From: Octopus bimaculoides
Lineage: Eukaryota
Reading direction: 5' to 3'
NCBI RefSeq assembly: GCF_001194135.2
Contig: NC_068981.1
Location: 165,749,547-165,797,889 of the forward strand
Length of the DNA stretch: 48,343 nt
The notes beneath the pieces are model-generated. The model saw only the letters and a program-made list of their open reading frames with translations, was not told where the DNA came from and ran no database searches. Below are positions 35,364-47,588 of the stretch, piece after piece. Position numbers and translations under genes: made by a program. How positions within the stretch are numbered: position 1 is the stretch's first letter; each line of letters starts with the position of its first letter.

Positions 35364-35956
35364 CATTTTATCAGTAGTACTGATATTGTTTTCAGTATTG
35401 TATTCAGCATCTACTTCTTCCTCGTCTTAAAATAGATCAATGGTTGGATTCTCCTCCATGCATGAGAAAGTACAGATGTGGTGGGAGAGAAAGAGAGAGA
35501 GCAAGTCGATAGCTACAAAACTGTTCTGAGCTGGAAAAAAATTTGTTGTTTGCTACGTACACAGAAGATGGAGACTCTTTCGGAAGAACAAGACTGAAAT
35601 CGTAGAGGTGCCAAGGGATATAGTTTACTGAGTAGAAAGGAGCTTGATGGGTGATTCGGCGTTGTTAAATCTCTAAGTTGCTAAGATGTTCGGTAAACTT
35701 ATCGGCTAGTCATCAAACCACTGCAATCCGAGCAGCTGAGTCTCTATCCAATCTGGTGTAAAACCTGCTGCCTCGCCCTGCCCCCAACCCGGCATAGCTA
35801 CGCTACTGAATTGAAGCTTCCCAAACAAGCGCCTATGATGTCGACCACTCCTCCAACCCCTTTCCCAGCATCTGTCCCCCCCCTCCCCTACCAAAAAAAT
35901 CACTTCGCTTTTCCCTTCACTACCATTCCTCCACATGATGTTGCTTGCAGTGTCTA

Positions 35957-35999
<43 letters not shown>

Positions 36000-36020
36000 C
36001 ACATACACGCACGCACACAA

Positions 36021-36940
36021 AAGGTGCATTCCAGAAGTTTTCAGACTTTTTCAGGAGAAACATTTATTAATATCACTTCCAGTCACCTCGTGAAAGCCCC
36101 GTGGAACTCTTCCAAACTGAAGATGTCCAGGACCCTTGTCACAGCTTCCTTCATCTTTCAAAACGACTGCCCGTGTGGTCCTTCTTCAGCTTGAGGAACA
36201 ACCACAAGTCACAGGGAGCAATGTCTGGACTGTAGGTTGGGGGGAGTGAGTGACAGTTTTGATGTCATGTAGTTTGTTACTAGGATGATCATCGCTGAGA
36301 ACCCTGGGAACAAACTTCGTACAAATTTTGTGCATAGAGGAGTTTGCTTTCAAAATCGGTATAAGTGCATATTTGGTTGATTTCATGATAACCATTAGAA
36401 CACAATCTACAAGCTGCTGGCTTCACGCACGTGGAATTTTTTCAGTCAAACTGGGATAGATGCCATATAGACAGGAGGCAAATGTTAGTCATCCAATCAA
36501 AATCAGTTAAATTCAAGTTGTTGCTTTAAGCAATTACTCAAAAGTCATTCCGATGCATATATCTGGTTTTGAAAGTAAACTCTTCTTTATAGACACACGA
36601 CGGTCTTCCTTCAGAAGATTGTGAATTTTCTAAGTCATTTTTGATGTTCTGACGTCCTCTCGCGCCAACATCTCTCATCTTCGCCCACCTCTTCTCTACC
36701 GTCCTTGAACCTCTTATGTCAGAGGAAAAGTTAATCCATAAGCAGTCTGGAGCATTTCATAAGTTTCTGCAATATTTTTGCCCAGTTTAATATAAAACTT
36801 TATTGCATAGCGAGCTTCTAGACGTCTCGACTGCATTCTGCAAACAAGTCAGCTGTGACAAGTAGTGTTCAGTAGGATGTGTCCAAAGCGCTGTTACAGC
36901 CGTTGCCTTCAGTCTGGAACAACAAAGATTGGCAGGTTAC
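36021..36940 (-). mobile_element. Decayed mariner-type element
   Basis: KLGKNIAETYEMLQTAYG, FKDGREEV, CTKFVPRVLSDD and SPDIAPCD in shifted frames; internal deletion. Confidence 0.8.
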
Positions 36941-36953
36941 CCTATTAGATGTA

Positions 36954-37346
36954 TACTCTTTTACTTGTTTCAGTCATTTGACTGCGGCCATGCTGGAACA
37001 CCGCCTTTAGTCGAGCAAATCGACTCCCATGACTTATTCCTTGTAAGCCTTGCACTTATTCTATCGGTCTCTTTTGCCGAACCTCTCTAAGTTACGGGGA
37101 CGTAAACACAGCAGCATCGGTTGTCAAGCGATGTTGGGGGGACAAACACAGACACACAAACATGTATACACATACTTATATATATATATACATATATACG
37201 ACGGGCTTCTTTCAGTTTCCGTCTACCAAATCCACTCACAAGGATTTGGTCAGCCCGAGGCTATAGTAGAAGACACTTGCGCAAGGTGCCACGCAGTGGG
37301 ACTGAACCCGGAAACATGTGATTGGTAAGCAAGCTACTTACCACAC
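36954..37346 (-). mobile_element. SINE family B
   Basis: Near full-length match to the other copies. Confidence 0.9.
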
Positions 37347-37445
37347 AATAATCTAGGACAGTTATAACTGCCTCTTTTAAAATGTCTGAAAACTTACGGA
37401 ATGCACTTCATGCGTGCCAGGGTATTCTCGACGCTATTAATATTG

Positions 37446-37855
37446 GTTTCAAATTTGGCACAAGGCCAGCAATTTCGGATGAGGGGAGAAGTCGATTACA
37501 TCGACCCCAATGTTCGATTGGTATTTATTTTATCGACCTCAAAAGGATAAAGGGCAAAGTCGACCTTAACGGATTTTGAACTCAGAACGTAAAGATGGAT
37601 GAAATGCCCGGCGTGCAAATGATTTTGCTAGCTCGCTGCCTTCGACGCTATTAATATTGATTTCAAATTTTGGCACAAAGCCAGCAATTCCATAGGTAAG
37701 TCAATTACATAGACCCCAGTACTCAACTGGTACTTAATCTATCGACCCCGAAAGGATGAAAGGCAAAGTCGACCTTGGTGGAATTTGAACTCAGAACGTA
37801 AAGACAGACAAAATACCACTAAGAAATACCACGATTCTGCCAGCTCACTGCCTTT
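37446..37855 (-). mobile_element. Two tandem SINE-C copies bounded by three copies of a 17-bp direct repeat
   Basis: cgacgctattaatattg at 37429-37445 and 37643-37659; cgacgtaattaatattg at 37856-37872. Confidence 0.9.
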
Positions 37856-38329
37856 CGACGTAATTAATATTGAAATAAGAAGTGTTGCAAGGTTAGATCA
37901 ATAGAATTGCATTACCGATGTAACTGAGTGAATGATTCAACGACATTTACGATAAAAACCACCTGCTAATTCACACACTTTGATTGTGAATTTATACCCA
38001 TCAACATAGAAATCTCTCCGCTGAAGACCATTAACTTCAGAAAACAATATGCTAAGAAAAGCAACCTCGACATTAGAGTAGTAATGAAGATCAGGAAGTC
38101 ATGGTTATATCATGATTTCTAATCGATGAAAAGCACGGTCTATACCCCCTCTTCGATGTCTCATAAAAGGCTACGTCAAGTTAGAGATGACTGACCGCAC
38201 AAGATTATTTATCTTTGGTACATTTACGATTCGTCCGACTAAAGGCGGTGCTTCAGCATAGTCACACTCGGCCCGATTTCAAAGGTTAATAAAAAACAAA
38301 CACATGAAGAAACTTTGTATTTCTATGAA

Positions 38330-38429
38330 GTTCATGGCTTGGAGTGGAGAGCATCGTTTTTTCTTATATCTTCATGTGTTTCTTTTTTATTAACTTTTGA
38401 AATCAGCGCAACCTTTCTGCCGCACCCTG
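38330..38429. mobile_element. Tc1/mariner-type terminal fragment
   Basis: Ends ctgccgcaccctg followed by TA; the rest is in a gap. Confidence 0.45.
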
Positions 38430-39559
38430 TATATATATATANNNNNNNNNNNNNNNNNNNNNNNNNNNNNNNNNNNNNNNNNNNNNNNNNNNNNNNNNNN
38501 NNNNNNNNNNNNNNNNNNNNNNNNNNNNNNNNNNNNNNNNNNNNNNNNNNNNNNNNNNNNNNNNNNNNNNNNNNNNNNNNNNNNNNNNNNNNNNNNNNNN
38601 NNNNNNNNNNNNNNNNNNNNNNNNNNNNNNNNNNNNNNNNNNNNNNNNNNNNNNNNNNNNNNNNNNNNNNNNNNNNNNNNNNNNNNNNNNNNNNNNNNNN
38701 NNNNNNNNNNNNNNNNNNNNNNNNNNNNNNNNNNNNNNNNNNNNNNNNNNNNNNNNNNNNNNNNNNNNNNNNNNNNNNNNNNNNNNNNNNNNNNNNNNNN
38801 NNNNNNNNNNNNNNNNNNNNNNNNNNNNNNNNNNNNNNNNNNNNNNNNNNNNNNNNNNNNNNNNNNNNNNNNNNNNNNNNNNNNNNNNNNNNNNNNNNNN
38901 NNNNNNNNNNNNNNNNNNNNNNNNNNNNNNNNNNNNNNNNNNNNNNNNNNNNNNNNNNNNNNNNNNNNNNNNNNNNNNNNNNNNNNNNNNNNNNNNNNNN
39001 NNNNNNNNNNNNNNNNNNNNNNNNNNNNNNNNNNNNNNNNNNNNNNNNNNNNNNACAATATTTTAATGTTCTTTTAAATCATTTCCAAGTGAATACTATT
39101 ACAAAAATTTGTGGGGGGGGGGGCATATTTAAAAAATATTTTAAAGTGAAAATGACTTTAAAAATACGGTAAATATTTCGTAAAAGACTCGTTCGTAACC
39201 TCGCTGTAAAATAACATTTTTCCATAGGTTTTTTTTTTTCCGAGTACATGTCCTGCTACCACGTAACAGCTATTTGCGATAAAGGACCCGAAATACCTGT
39301 TACGTGGTAGCAGGGTGTGCAAGAAATAGCAGCCAAATCTTTCCTTTTCAGGGGAAAGGAGCTGTTTACACGTGATTTCGATGTCACATTCGTTGAAAGC
39401 ATGCGAAATAACTTGGAAAAGAAAAAAACACGAAACAAAACTTCGTTGCTGGGAAACTCCCGATGATCCAACGGGTTACGAGTGGTCTAGTCTATAATAC
39501 ATTAAAAGTCAGTTTGAATCTTGCTTGCAATGTTACCAAGCCAAACGGTAGCATAATGG

Positions 39560-39981
39560 GAAAATACTACGAATGAACTTGATGGTTGCGAAACTGTTTC
39601 CGGGGGGAAACGCAATATTTCAGGATGATAATGCACCAATTCAATCAACTAAAGTTGTTACTGAATGGCATGAGGAACATTCTAGTGAAGTTGAACATCT
39701 TATCTGGCCACCACAGACCCCAGATCGCAATATTGAACATTTATGGTGCATTTTAGAAAAAAAAAAAAAGTAAATAAGGAATCGATATCCTCCACCATCA
39801 TCACTACAAGAACTGGAGACTGTTTTAGCAGAAGAATGGACAAAAATTCCNNNNNNNNNNTTGTACGAGTCCATACCTCATAGAATTCAAGCTGTAATTA
39901 CTGCCAAAGGCGATCCTACCCCATATTGAAATAAATTTGTTTGAAATTTTAAGGTGTTTCCATTATTTTGTTCAACCACTG
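39560..39981 (+). mobile_element. Tc1-like transposase 3' fragment with right TIR
   Basis: FQDDNAPIQ...WPPQTPDRNIEHLW...ELETVLAEEWTKIP...IPHRIQAVITAKGDPTPY*; TIR gtttccattattttgttcaaccactg. Confidence 0.85.
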
Positions 39982-39995
39982 TGTGTGTGTGTGTG

Positions 39996-40047
<52 letters not shown>

Positions 40048-41096
40048 AGTGGCGACTCCAGCACTCGGATTGTTCGGGCTTAGCCCGAGCATAAATTTAG
40101 TAAAGTAACATGCATTTGCAAGTTGATTTAATTTCTGCCAACACTGACTTCAAGTATGTAATTGCAGCCAATAACTCAGGCTCCTTTGAATGAGCCTGGT
40201 TACAGTTCATTTATTTTCGTTCAATGTCTGGTGGTCGTCTTGGAGGTGTCCTTTGTCAAAAAGTATCATTCGAAACAGATGTTCTCTCAACATCATTCAC
40301 ACGCACCTGACTCGGGCTCAGAGGTTACAGCCCCAGTTGTTATCTAGAATCATAAAAATTAAAAGTAATTCTAATTCAATGTTTTCTTGAAACAACAAAT
40401 TTCTATAGATATTTGGATTTAAATTCCAATCTATGAAAAGTTTCCGTTCTACAATATTCATAAAGGAACGCAAAATTATCAAGCAACTCGAACGAATACG
40501 AACGAGCCTAGTAGGTGTAAAAGACTAACTGGCATCTCTTGTCAAGGGTACAGGTGACAGTCAGATCGTTGATGTTTGCTGTGCACTCCGCTGTCGTTAT
40601 TTGATTGCTGTTATTCTGCGCACCTGTGTGTAAAGATCAGTTGTGTTTTGCAGGGTTGCTTTATTTTTACCCCTAACTTGAAGATGGAGAAAGATGGGGA
40701 AAGATATAGTGTTAGATTTTTAAAAAAAAGAATAAGCCATTTGGGGCTAGACGTAAAGCGGAAAAACGTGAAATTCTTCGAGCAGGCATGTATCTTATGC
40801 GAAGTCTGTGATGAACCCGAGTGACGCTGATGACCTGGAGTTGCCTCTGATACATACATACATATTTTGAATATAATAAAAAGTCATCTGAAGTATAATT
40901 TTTCAAGTGGACAATTTATTGTAAAAAAAAATCATCCGCAACAAAATAATATTTCGATGTAAAGTAATCTTGAAGAAATTCATATGAGTTCTAATGCATC
41001 TAGTGACTCATTCGAAACCTCGCCTCAACATTCAGTTTGCTGATAATCCATTTGTATTGTTTGCTTTCACAGGGCCCAATCTTCTTTTTTGTCTTG

Positions 41097-41458
41097 TGGC
41101 ACTCCGTCGCTTACGACGTCCAGGGTTCCAGTTGATCTGATCAACGGAACAGCCTGCTCGTGAAATTAACGTGCAAGTGGCTGAGCACTCCACAGACACG
41201 TGTACCCTTAACGTAGTTCTCGGGGATATTCAGCGTGACACAGTGTGACAAGGCTGACCCTTTGAAATACAAGCACAACAGAAACAGGAAGAAAGAGTGA
41301 GAGAAAGAGTACAGCAGGGTTCACCACCATCCCCTGCCGGAGCCTCGTGGAGCTTTAGGTGTTTTCGCTCTATAAACACTCACAACGCCCGGTCTGGAAA
41401 TCGAAACCGCGATCTTCTGATTGCGAGTCCGCTGCCCTAACCACTGGGCCATTGCACC
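41097..41458 (-). mobile_element. Full-length tRNA-headed SINE, family E
   Basis: Head ggtgcaatggcccagtggttag with B-box-like gtttcgattt; 13-bp TSD cccaatcttcttt at 41075-41087 and 41463-41475. Confidence 0.9.
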
Positions 41459-41727
41459 TCCACCCAATCTTCTTTAAACAGACAACAATTGCCAGCTTGA
41501 GAATACGTGTATTATCACAATTGTGACACCTTCAGATTGAATTTAAAGGCAAGCTTTCACTTTTAGCTCTTTTTGTGAGAAGATATGCTGATCCGAACTT
41601 AATAATGCATCAGGAAAAGCTTTCAAAGTATCGAATGCTCACTGAATTTCGGGTCATCAAAATTATAACTATGTAGCATAAACTAGAATCAATAAAACAT
41701 TAGCAGCTATTGGTACTTGGTATTTAA

Positions 41728-41948
41728 CTCTTTAGCATTCAGATTACTCTGTCAAATATAATGCTTATTTATTCGCATTGTTTTGAACTTAATCATGCAT
41801 TATCCTGTAGCTTTGAGATTTCAATGATGTGATTCTTTATTTTTAAACTGACATTGTAGGGCGAGTGTGAGAGATCAGATCTGGTCAGTTTGAACATAAA
41901 ACATGTATAATATTTGGGCCAGAAATGGTCGGTTTAGATGTTAAACGG
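41728..41948. mobile_element. piggyBac-type MITE, inverted relative to 17241-17457
   Basis: TTAA at 41724-41727 and 41949-41952; full-length reverse-complement match. Confidence 0.8.
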
Positions 41949-42049
41949 TTAAGGACCGAAATCAATTGCTAAAAAAAGCAGCCTTTACATTTTGACACTA
42001 CGCGACGAATGTATGCATGCCGCGTTCCCCTTTGCTTTAAGGAAAGCAA

Positions 42050-42700
42050 CTTCTCTAAATATCATTCAATACCTCTCCCCATAGACAGCGAGACACGACT
42101 GGGGAATTTTTAAGCAGATGGAATGCCTTAAAAGATTCCTTACAAACATGATAAATGATATTCAAGGTGAATCATTTATAAAAATAAAATAAAACAAGAT
42201 GAGAAAACAATGGGACGAACATCCTACTTGCTTTAATAACTATCAAAGGTTTGCCTCCTAGAGTTCTAAGCACGCAATCACCTCATAGCATAATGTTTAA
42301 CCTTGCACGTTATTCTACACTTGAAATTCCAGATGACTTTATCCTCAACCCTCCAACGCTCACAAAATCATTTTCCGGGTTGAGTTTCCTTGGAAATTCA
42401 GTAAACCAGTAAACCTTTAAAAAAATGCCCCTCCCCCACTTCACCAAATATTAATTTCTTGAAAAGGTACTAATAATTCAAATACTCTTCAACCACCACT
42501 TTCAAACATTCTCAACCAGATTCGGTTTACAACAGGGAAACGTATACAATCTCAATATGCCATTATCTCGAGTCCCTGAAACCGAGTCTCAAGCTACAAC
42601 TCACTCTCATGAGCGTATATTATTATCCATACATTAACCCTTTGCTTGTCCAAAGAATTCTCATAACTTTGTCCTAAACGTCGATGCTTATTTTTCAGAT
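42050..42700 (+). mobile_element. Possible highly decayed LINE RT remnant
   Basis: NYQRF and FSTRFGLQQGN resemble the YQxGF and GLRQGD motifs; many stops. Confidence 0.3.
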
Positions 42701-43649
42701 TTTTAGTTAGCTCTTGTTTCATACGTTCTGAGTTATGTAAAGCTTTCCTTTTATAAACCTCAAGTTACCCGGGTGTTTGAAAGAAATCGTGAATGTATAT
42801 CATGTATGATACATTGGCGCCAGGCAAATATGTCCTGTGTATCACATGAAATACATAGAACAGGGAAAGGGTTATTGATGATAACTTAATTATGGAAGCA
42901 GATGATGGTATATGAATCCTTTGTTCTGACAATTGCAACAAACAACTGTGACAGACAAAAAAATGTTAATCTATTTGAATGGTTTGCTTGCTTTTATTAT
43001 ACAAATTGCTTTTTTCTTTTTATTTGTGAATTACTATTTTTCGTTTTTCTTTTCCTTTTTTTTTTAACATTTCTCCTGAATACTCTCTGTCTGTTGTGCA
43101 GTGAATACAGTATTGAATATACATTAATTGTTTTCTACTGTAATGCTAATTGCTAACAACAGAAGTGAGATCTCGAGAGTTCTGTGCATATACGTGTTCC
43201 ACATTATATAGAAAGAGGAAGAAGCAATTTCATTAATCGGCTCATTTTGAAGTGTAATATATGTATCAGCAGTTGAAAAACTTCTGAAGTGTGAAATTGA
43301 TCTATGATTGAAATTTAAAATTACAGAAATATATAAATATTTTTAATTTCAAATTTTGTATTTCAGAATCTGGATATCTATAACCATCACTTTGACCAAA
43401 ATACGTAACACCTATAAAATAAAATCTTTTGTTGTACTTATTGGAACTGAATTGGCAACAACAAAAACTACCTTCGTGTAATGTATGACGAAATGCGAAT
43501 GGATAAGATGTATTAACACATAAATGGCGTTTTCTCTTATAAGGAACACAAAGGTAATTTCTCTTATAAGGAACACTCCGATTTTGAATAAAGACCAACG
43601 GTGTGTGTGTGTGTGTGTTGCTAAAACCTAATAATGACGAATATAATCA

Positions 43650-45290
43650 TTGTTTGTCAATGAACTGCTAACTAAAGGAAATTTTTTTAGCCCAGCCGAT
43701 GATCTGCAACTTTTTCTACAGCCATCATATAAATGACTCTTCTCTGTTAAATGCAAAACAGAATAATGACATCTGACACACAGTGATAACCAATGCATTG
43801 ATCTTAAATAAAAATGTACATGGAAGTAATATAAAATATGTATGATAAACACATTTAGTCTCTCGTGGAAAATAGACCTCTAGGATAAACTACAGAGGCT
43901 TCGACAGCTTTAAGTCCGAACCAGCTGATTTTGTTTTTCATTGATCCCTGATTATTTTTGAATGAAAGACTCACATCAAATTGCCGAACTCTCCTTGTTT
44001 TTTTTTCCAAGGGGTGCTTCTTTACAGCTCCACATTCAAAATTTGGGCTGTGCACAATGGCTGCCGATGGAAACAAATATTTCTTAAACTCCTCGTAAGG
44101 ATACAATGCGAAAATTTCGTCGAAAAGAATTCGAGCATCTTCCAAATATATTTCTGTTCTTTGCAAGGTGATTGTTACAGAGCGTAACTTTCCTAAATTG
44201 TCTTTTAGAGTCTGCAGATTATTATGATCGCGTGGAGTCAACAGATAATGAACCAGCTTTAGTTTGCCTTGAAAAGAGTCTAAAAACGGCTTGAGTTAGA
44301 TGTACCTCTCAATCATGTCATAAGTACTGGATCAAAGGGTTTTATTTCTTTGTATAGGTTGCAAAGGCGTTTTTTCCCGAAATTTACCCGCAAGTTTTGA
44401 TGATTTTAGCTTGCCCATCAACATAATTTTATCAAGCAGAAACAGCAAGACTGAATTTATGAGAGACACATCTAGTCAATGGTATTCTACACAAATTCGC
44501 TATAGATTTGTTCACTTCAGTATTATCTCCGCTAATAGCTACAACATTTTCTAAATTTTTGTTATAGATATTTAACACACACTCTATAAATTCGACATAA
44601 CCAGAAGCAGTGAATGATGTTTCACTTACTATTGGCAAAAATGCCAGCAAAACAGTACAATAGTCATTTTGATAATTGCACGAATAAGATGCAAAAAGTC
44701 CAATGAAATGCATCGAACTCTTAGTCCAACCGTCCATTACTAACGAAAATTTATTTGAAAGTTCATCAGATATTTTCTTTTCCACTTCTTGAGTAAATTT
44801 CTCCATGTATTTCTTTAAGGTCACATTTGTCATACTTCCTAAGTTTGCGTACTTTCAAGCCAGTATGTCTTCAGTAAAGGAAAATGGTTTTAAACTAATA
44901 CATACCCACTCAATCCAACCATAATCATTTAAGGCCAATCGACTGACCAAACTATTTCTTGGTGAAAGAAAACTCGATAAAGATGGTTGTCCAGTTGCTT
45001 GTGTAGTAAAATACTCTGGATGCTGGGTTTTTTTTTTTTTACATGATTCATAAGATTTGTCTATCCAGTTCCTTTTTTCCACACTTGCATTTCCATACAT
45101 GTTCACTGTCTGTTTGGTTAAAATATATCCTGACGATTTGCTCGTTTTCACACGACATGGGTTAAGTTTAAAACTAATGATATTTTGCCACAATTTAAAA
45201 TAGAAGATATTTCGCCAATCCACCGATGAAAGTCTGATTCGGTTAATATGTTGGAGCGGAATTTAAGACACAACCGCGTTGCAGGCGAAG
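43650..45290 (-). mobile_element. Decayed hAT transposase (BED-like N-terminus, catalytic core)
   Basis: YGWIEWVCISLKPFSF, FSLVMDGWT, ISGDNTEVN, CVSHKFSLAV (CxxH), NKTL*SSTYDMIERY, AAIVHSPNFECG, GLFS; frameshifts and stops; termini not located. Confidence 0.8.
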
Positions 45291-45310
45291 TTATGATTTA
45301 ATGACTTGAA

Positions 45311-45640
45311 GACAGAATGTGTGAATTATTCTCGGCAGTCAGAACCAAGAATCACTCGACAGCGATTATTTGACAACATGCACAATACCCAATTCTCAAA
45401 CACGACAGAATGTGTGAATCATTCTCCGTAGTCCTAACCAAGCGTCAACACTCGACTTCGGTTATTTGACAAGATACACAATAACTAATTCCCAAGAATG
45501 ATAGAGTGTGTATCATTCTCAGCAGTCCGAATCAAGCATCAACACTTGACAACATACACAATAGTCAATTCCTAAGCACTACAGAATGTGTGAATCGTTC
45601 TCAGCAATCAGAACAAAGCGTCAACACAATACCTCAAATA
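45311..45640. repeat. Degenerate minisatellite, four units (periods 93, 96, 80 nt)
   Basis: Units begin (g/t)a(c/t)aga(a/g)tgtgt at 45311, 45404, 45500 and 45580. Confidence 0.8.
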
Positions 45641-45829
45641 ATTCTTTTCTACTCTAGGCACAAGGCCCGAAATTTTTTGGGAGGGGGTCAGTCGATTAGA
45701 TCGACGCCAATACGCAACTGGTACTTAATTTATTGACCTCGAAAGGATGAAATGAAAGTCGACCTCAGCAGAATTTGAACTCAGAACGTAAATGCAGAAG
45801 AAATACCGTTTCTGCCAGCTCGCCGCCTT
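45637..45829 (-). mobile_element. SINE-C
   Basis: Tail, core and intact head. Confidence 0.88.
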
Positions 45830-46563
45830 ACAATGCCTCAAATAATAATAGAACGCTGTATTTGCCAATTGAACGTCCAATGAAGTATGAACCATTTGAA
45901 AAAGTTCCTCTGACAATGTTGCAATTGACTGCAATTAATCGATATGATATCAATTAATTATTTAATTGACAGTACGACTCCAGTGAATTAATTGGACTAA
46001 TATATTGCAATTAATTTTTGAGAAGTGTGCTTCCCGACCATGTGATNNNNNNNNNNNNNNNNNNNNNNNNNNNNNNNNNNNNNNNNNNNNNNNNNNNNNN
46101 NNNNNNNNNNNNNNNNNNNNNNNNNNNNNNNNNNNNNNNNNNNNNNNNNNNNNNNNNNNNNNNNNNNNNNNNNNNNNNNNNNNNNNNNNNNNNNNNNNNN
46201 NNNNNNNNNNNNNNNNNNNNNNNNNNNNNNNNNNNNNNNNNNNNNNNNNNNNNNNNNNNNNNNNNNNNNNNNNNNNNNNNNNNNNNNNNNNNNNNNNNNN
46301 NNNNNNNNNNNNNNNNNNNNNNNNNNNNNNNNNNNNNNNNNNNNNNNNNNNNNNNNNNNNNNNNNNNNNNNNNNNNNNNNNNNNNNNNNNNNNNNNNNNN
46401 NNNNNNNNNNNNNNNNNNNNNNNNNNNNNNNNNNNNNNNNNNNNNNNNNNNNNNNNNNNNNNNNNNNNNNNNNNNNNNNNNNNNNNNNNNNNNNNNNNNN
46501 NNNNNNNNNNNNNNNNNNNNNNNNNNNNNNNNNNNNNNNNNNNNNNNNNNNNNNNNNNNNNNN

Positions 46564-47588
46564 ATAATTTTATAATTAAATATTATTAGAAATTGTGTAA
46601 AATTGATAAAATATCTTGATGTATTGTATAAGTACTAGGTGTAGTCAAAAAGTATCCGACCGTTGGCCAAAAAAAAACAATATTAAAAAATTCACCATTT
46701 TGATTTAGTTTCCTTCTATGTATTCGTTTTAGGAGTCTACATATTTCTGTCAGCGTTTCTGCCACTGCTGGAAACATTTCTGGAAATCACTTTTTTGGAA
46801 TGCTGTAGAGTTGTTCCGTCGAATTTTGCTTAATGTCCTCTGTTGACTCAAATCTTTTCCCTTTGAGTGTTTTTTTTTTTTTGAGCTTTTTTGGGAATAG
46901 CTAAAAGTCACACGGAGCCAAGTCTGGGGAGTAAGAAGTGCGACGAACAAATGGTGTGTTTGCTTGACGTGGAATGCTTGGGTGACGTGGGCGGAATGAG
47001 CGAGTGCGTTGTCATGGGGTGTTACCAGTTCTTTGCTGCCCACAGGTTGGGTCGTTTTCGCCGCACATTTTCACGAAGGTAGTATTCTTTGTTGTCTGGT
47101 CACAACGTGGCTCACTGTCCACTGAGGTGCGGCCATCTTTATTTGTGTTTTTCCCATAGCAGTATATCCAAAATCCTTCTGAATCTTCTCGATAGTCTGG
47201 GCTTGTATATCACTAAGATTTTGGCAGAATTTGATACAGTATCTTTGCTCAATGCGCTCAGTCATCTCAACTTAAAATGAAAAATCGCACGGCACACTCT
47301 TCACGTCTATACTCAACGCACTGCAGACGAATGGCAGACTTTTTACGTATATTCATGAGGAACACGGCCACCTAATATCCATGCGGACTTTGCTCACGCA
47401 TTATTATTCTGTGCAAAAAAGAAATCAAGGACTGATACTTTTTGACTACACCTCGTATAACCAATTTTTTCAAGATAAATTTCAACAATAAGATCTTATA
47501 TGGACCCCGAAGGTCCATGTGGACCACCAAGAGCCATATTGACCCCCCCCCCCCCAAGGGCCACATGGAACCCCGTTGAGAACCACTG
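46564..47588. mobile_element. hAT non-autonomous element (left end in gap), split by a mariner insertion
   Basis: 46564-46634 and 47456-47588 match consecutive parts of 13010-13157; ends GTTGAGAACCACTG. Confidence 0.75.
46635..47455 (-). mobile_element. Internally deleted mariner (821 bp) with both TIRs
   Basis: TIRs CTAGGTGTAGTCAAAAAGTATC / CGAGGTGTAGTCAAAAAGTATC; TA TSD; MTERIEQRYCIKFC, HDNALAH and YSPDLAPCDF motifs. Confidence 0.92.

Larger units (their letters stand above)
4293..46563. other. Assembly gaps: 4293-4512, 5579-5768, 9628-9637, 10429-10438, 14801-14858, 22387-22610, 30158-30405, 33162-33271, 38442-39054, 39851-39860, 46047-46563
   Basis: Runs of N, mostly next to microsatellites or repeats. 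Confidence 1.

Noticed and set aside
40046-40900. Possible hAT left end (CAGTGGCG...) with a downstream zinc-finger-like remnant
   Set aside because: No partner end, no TSD and no convincing transposase motif.
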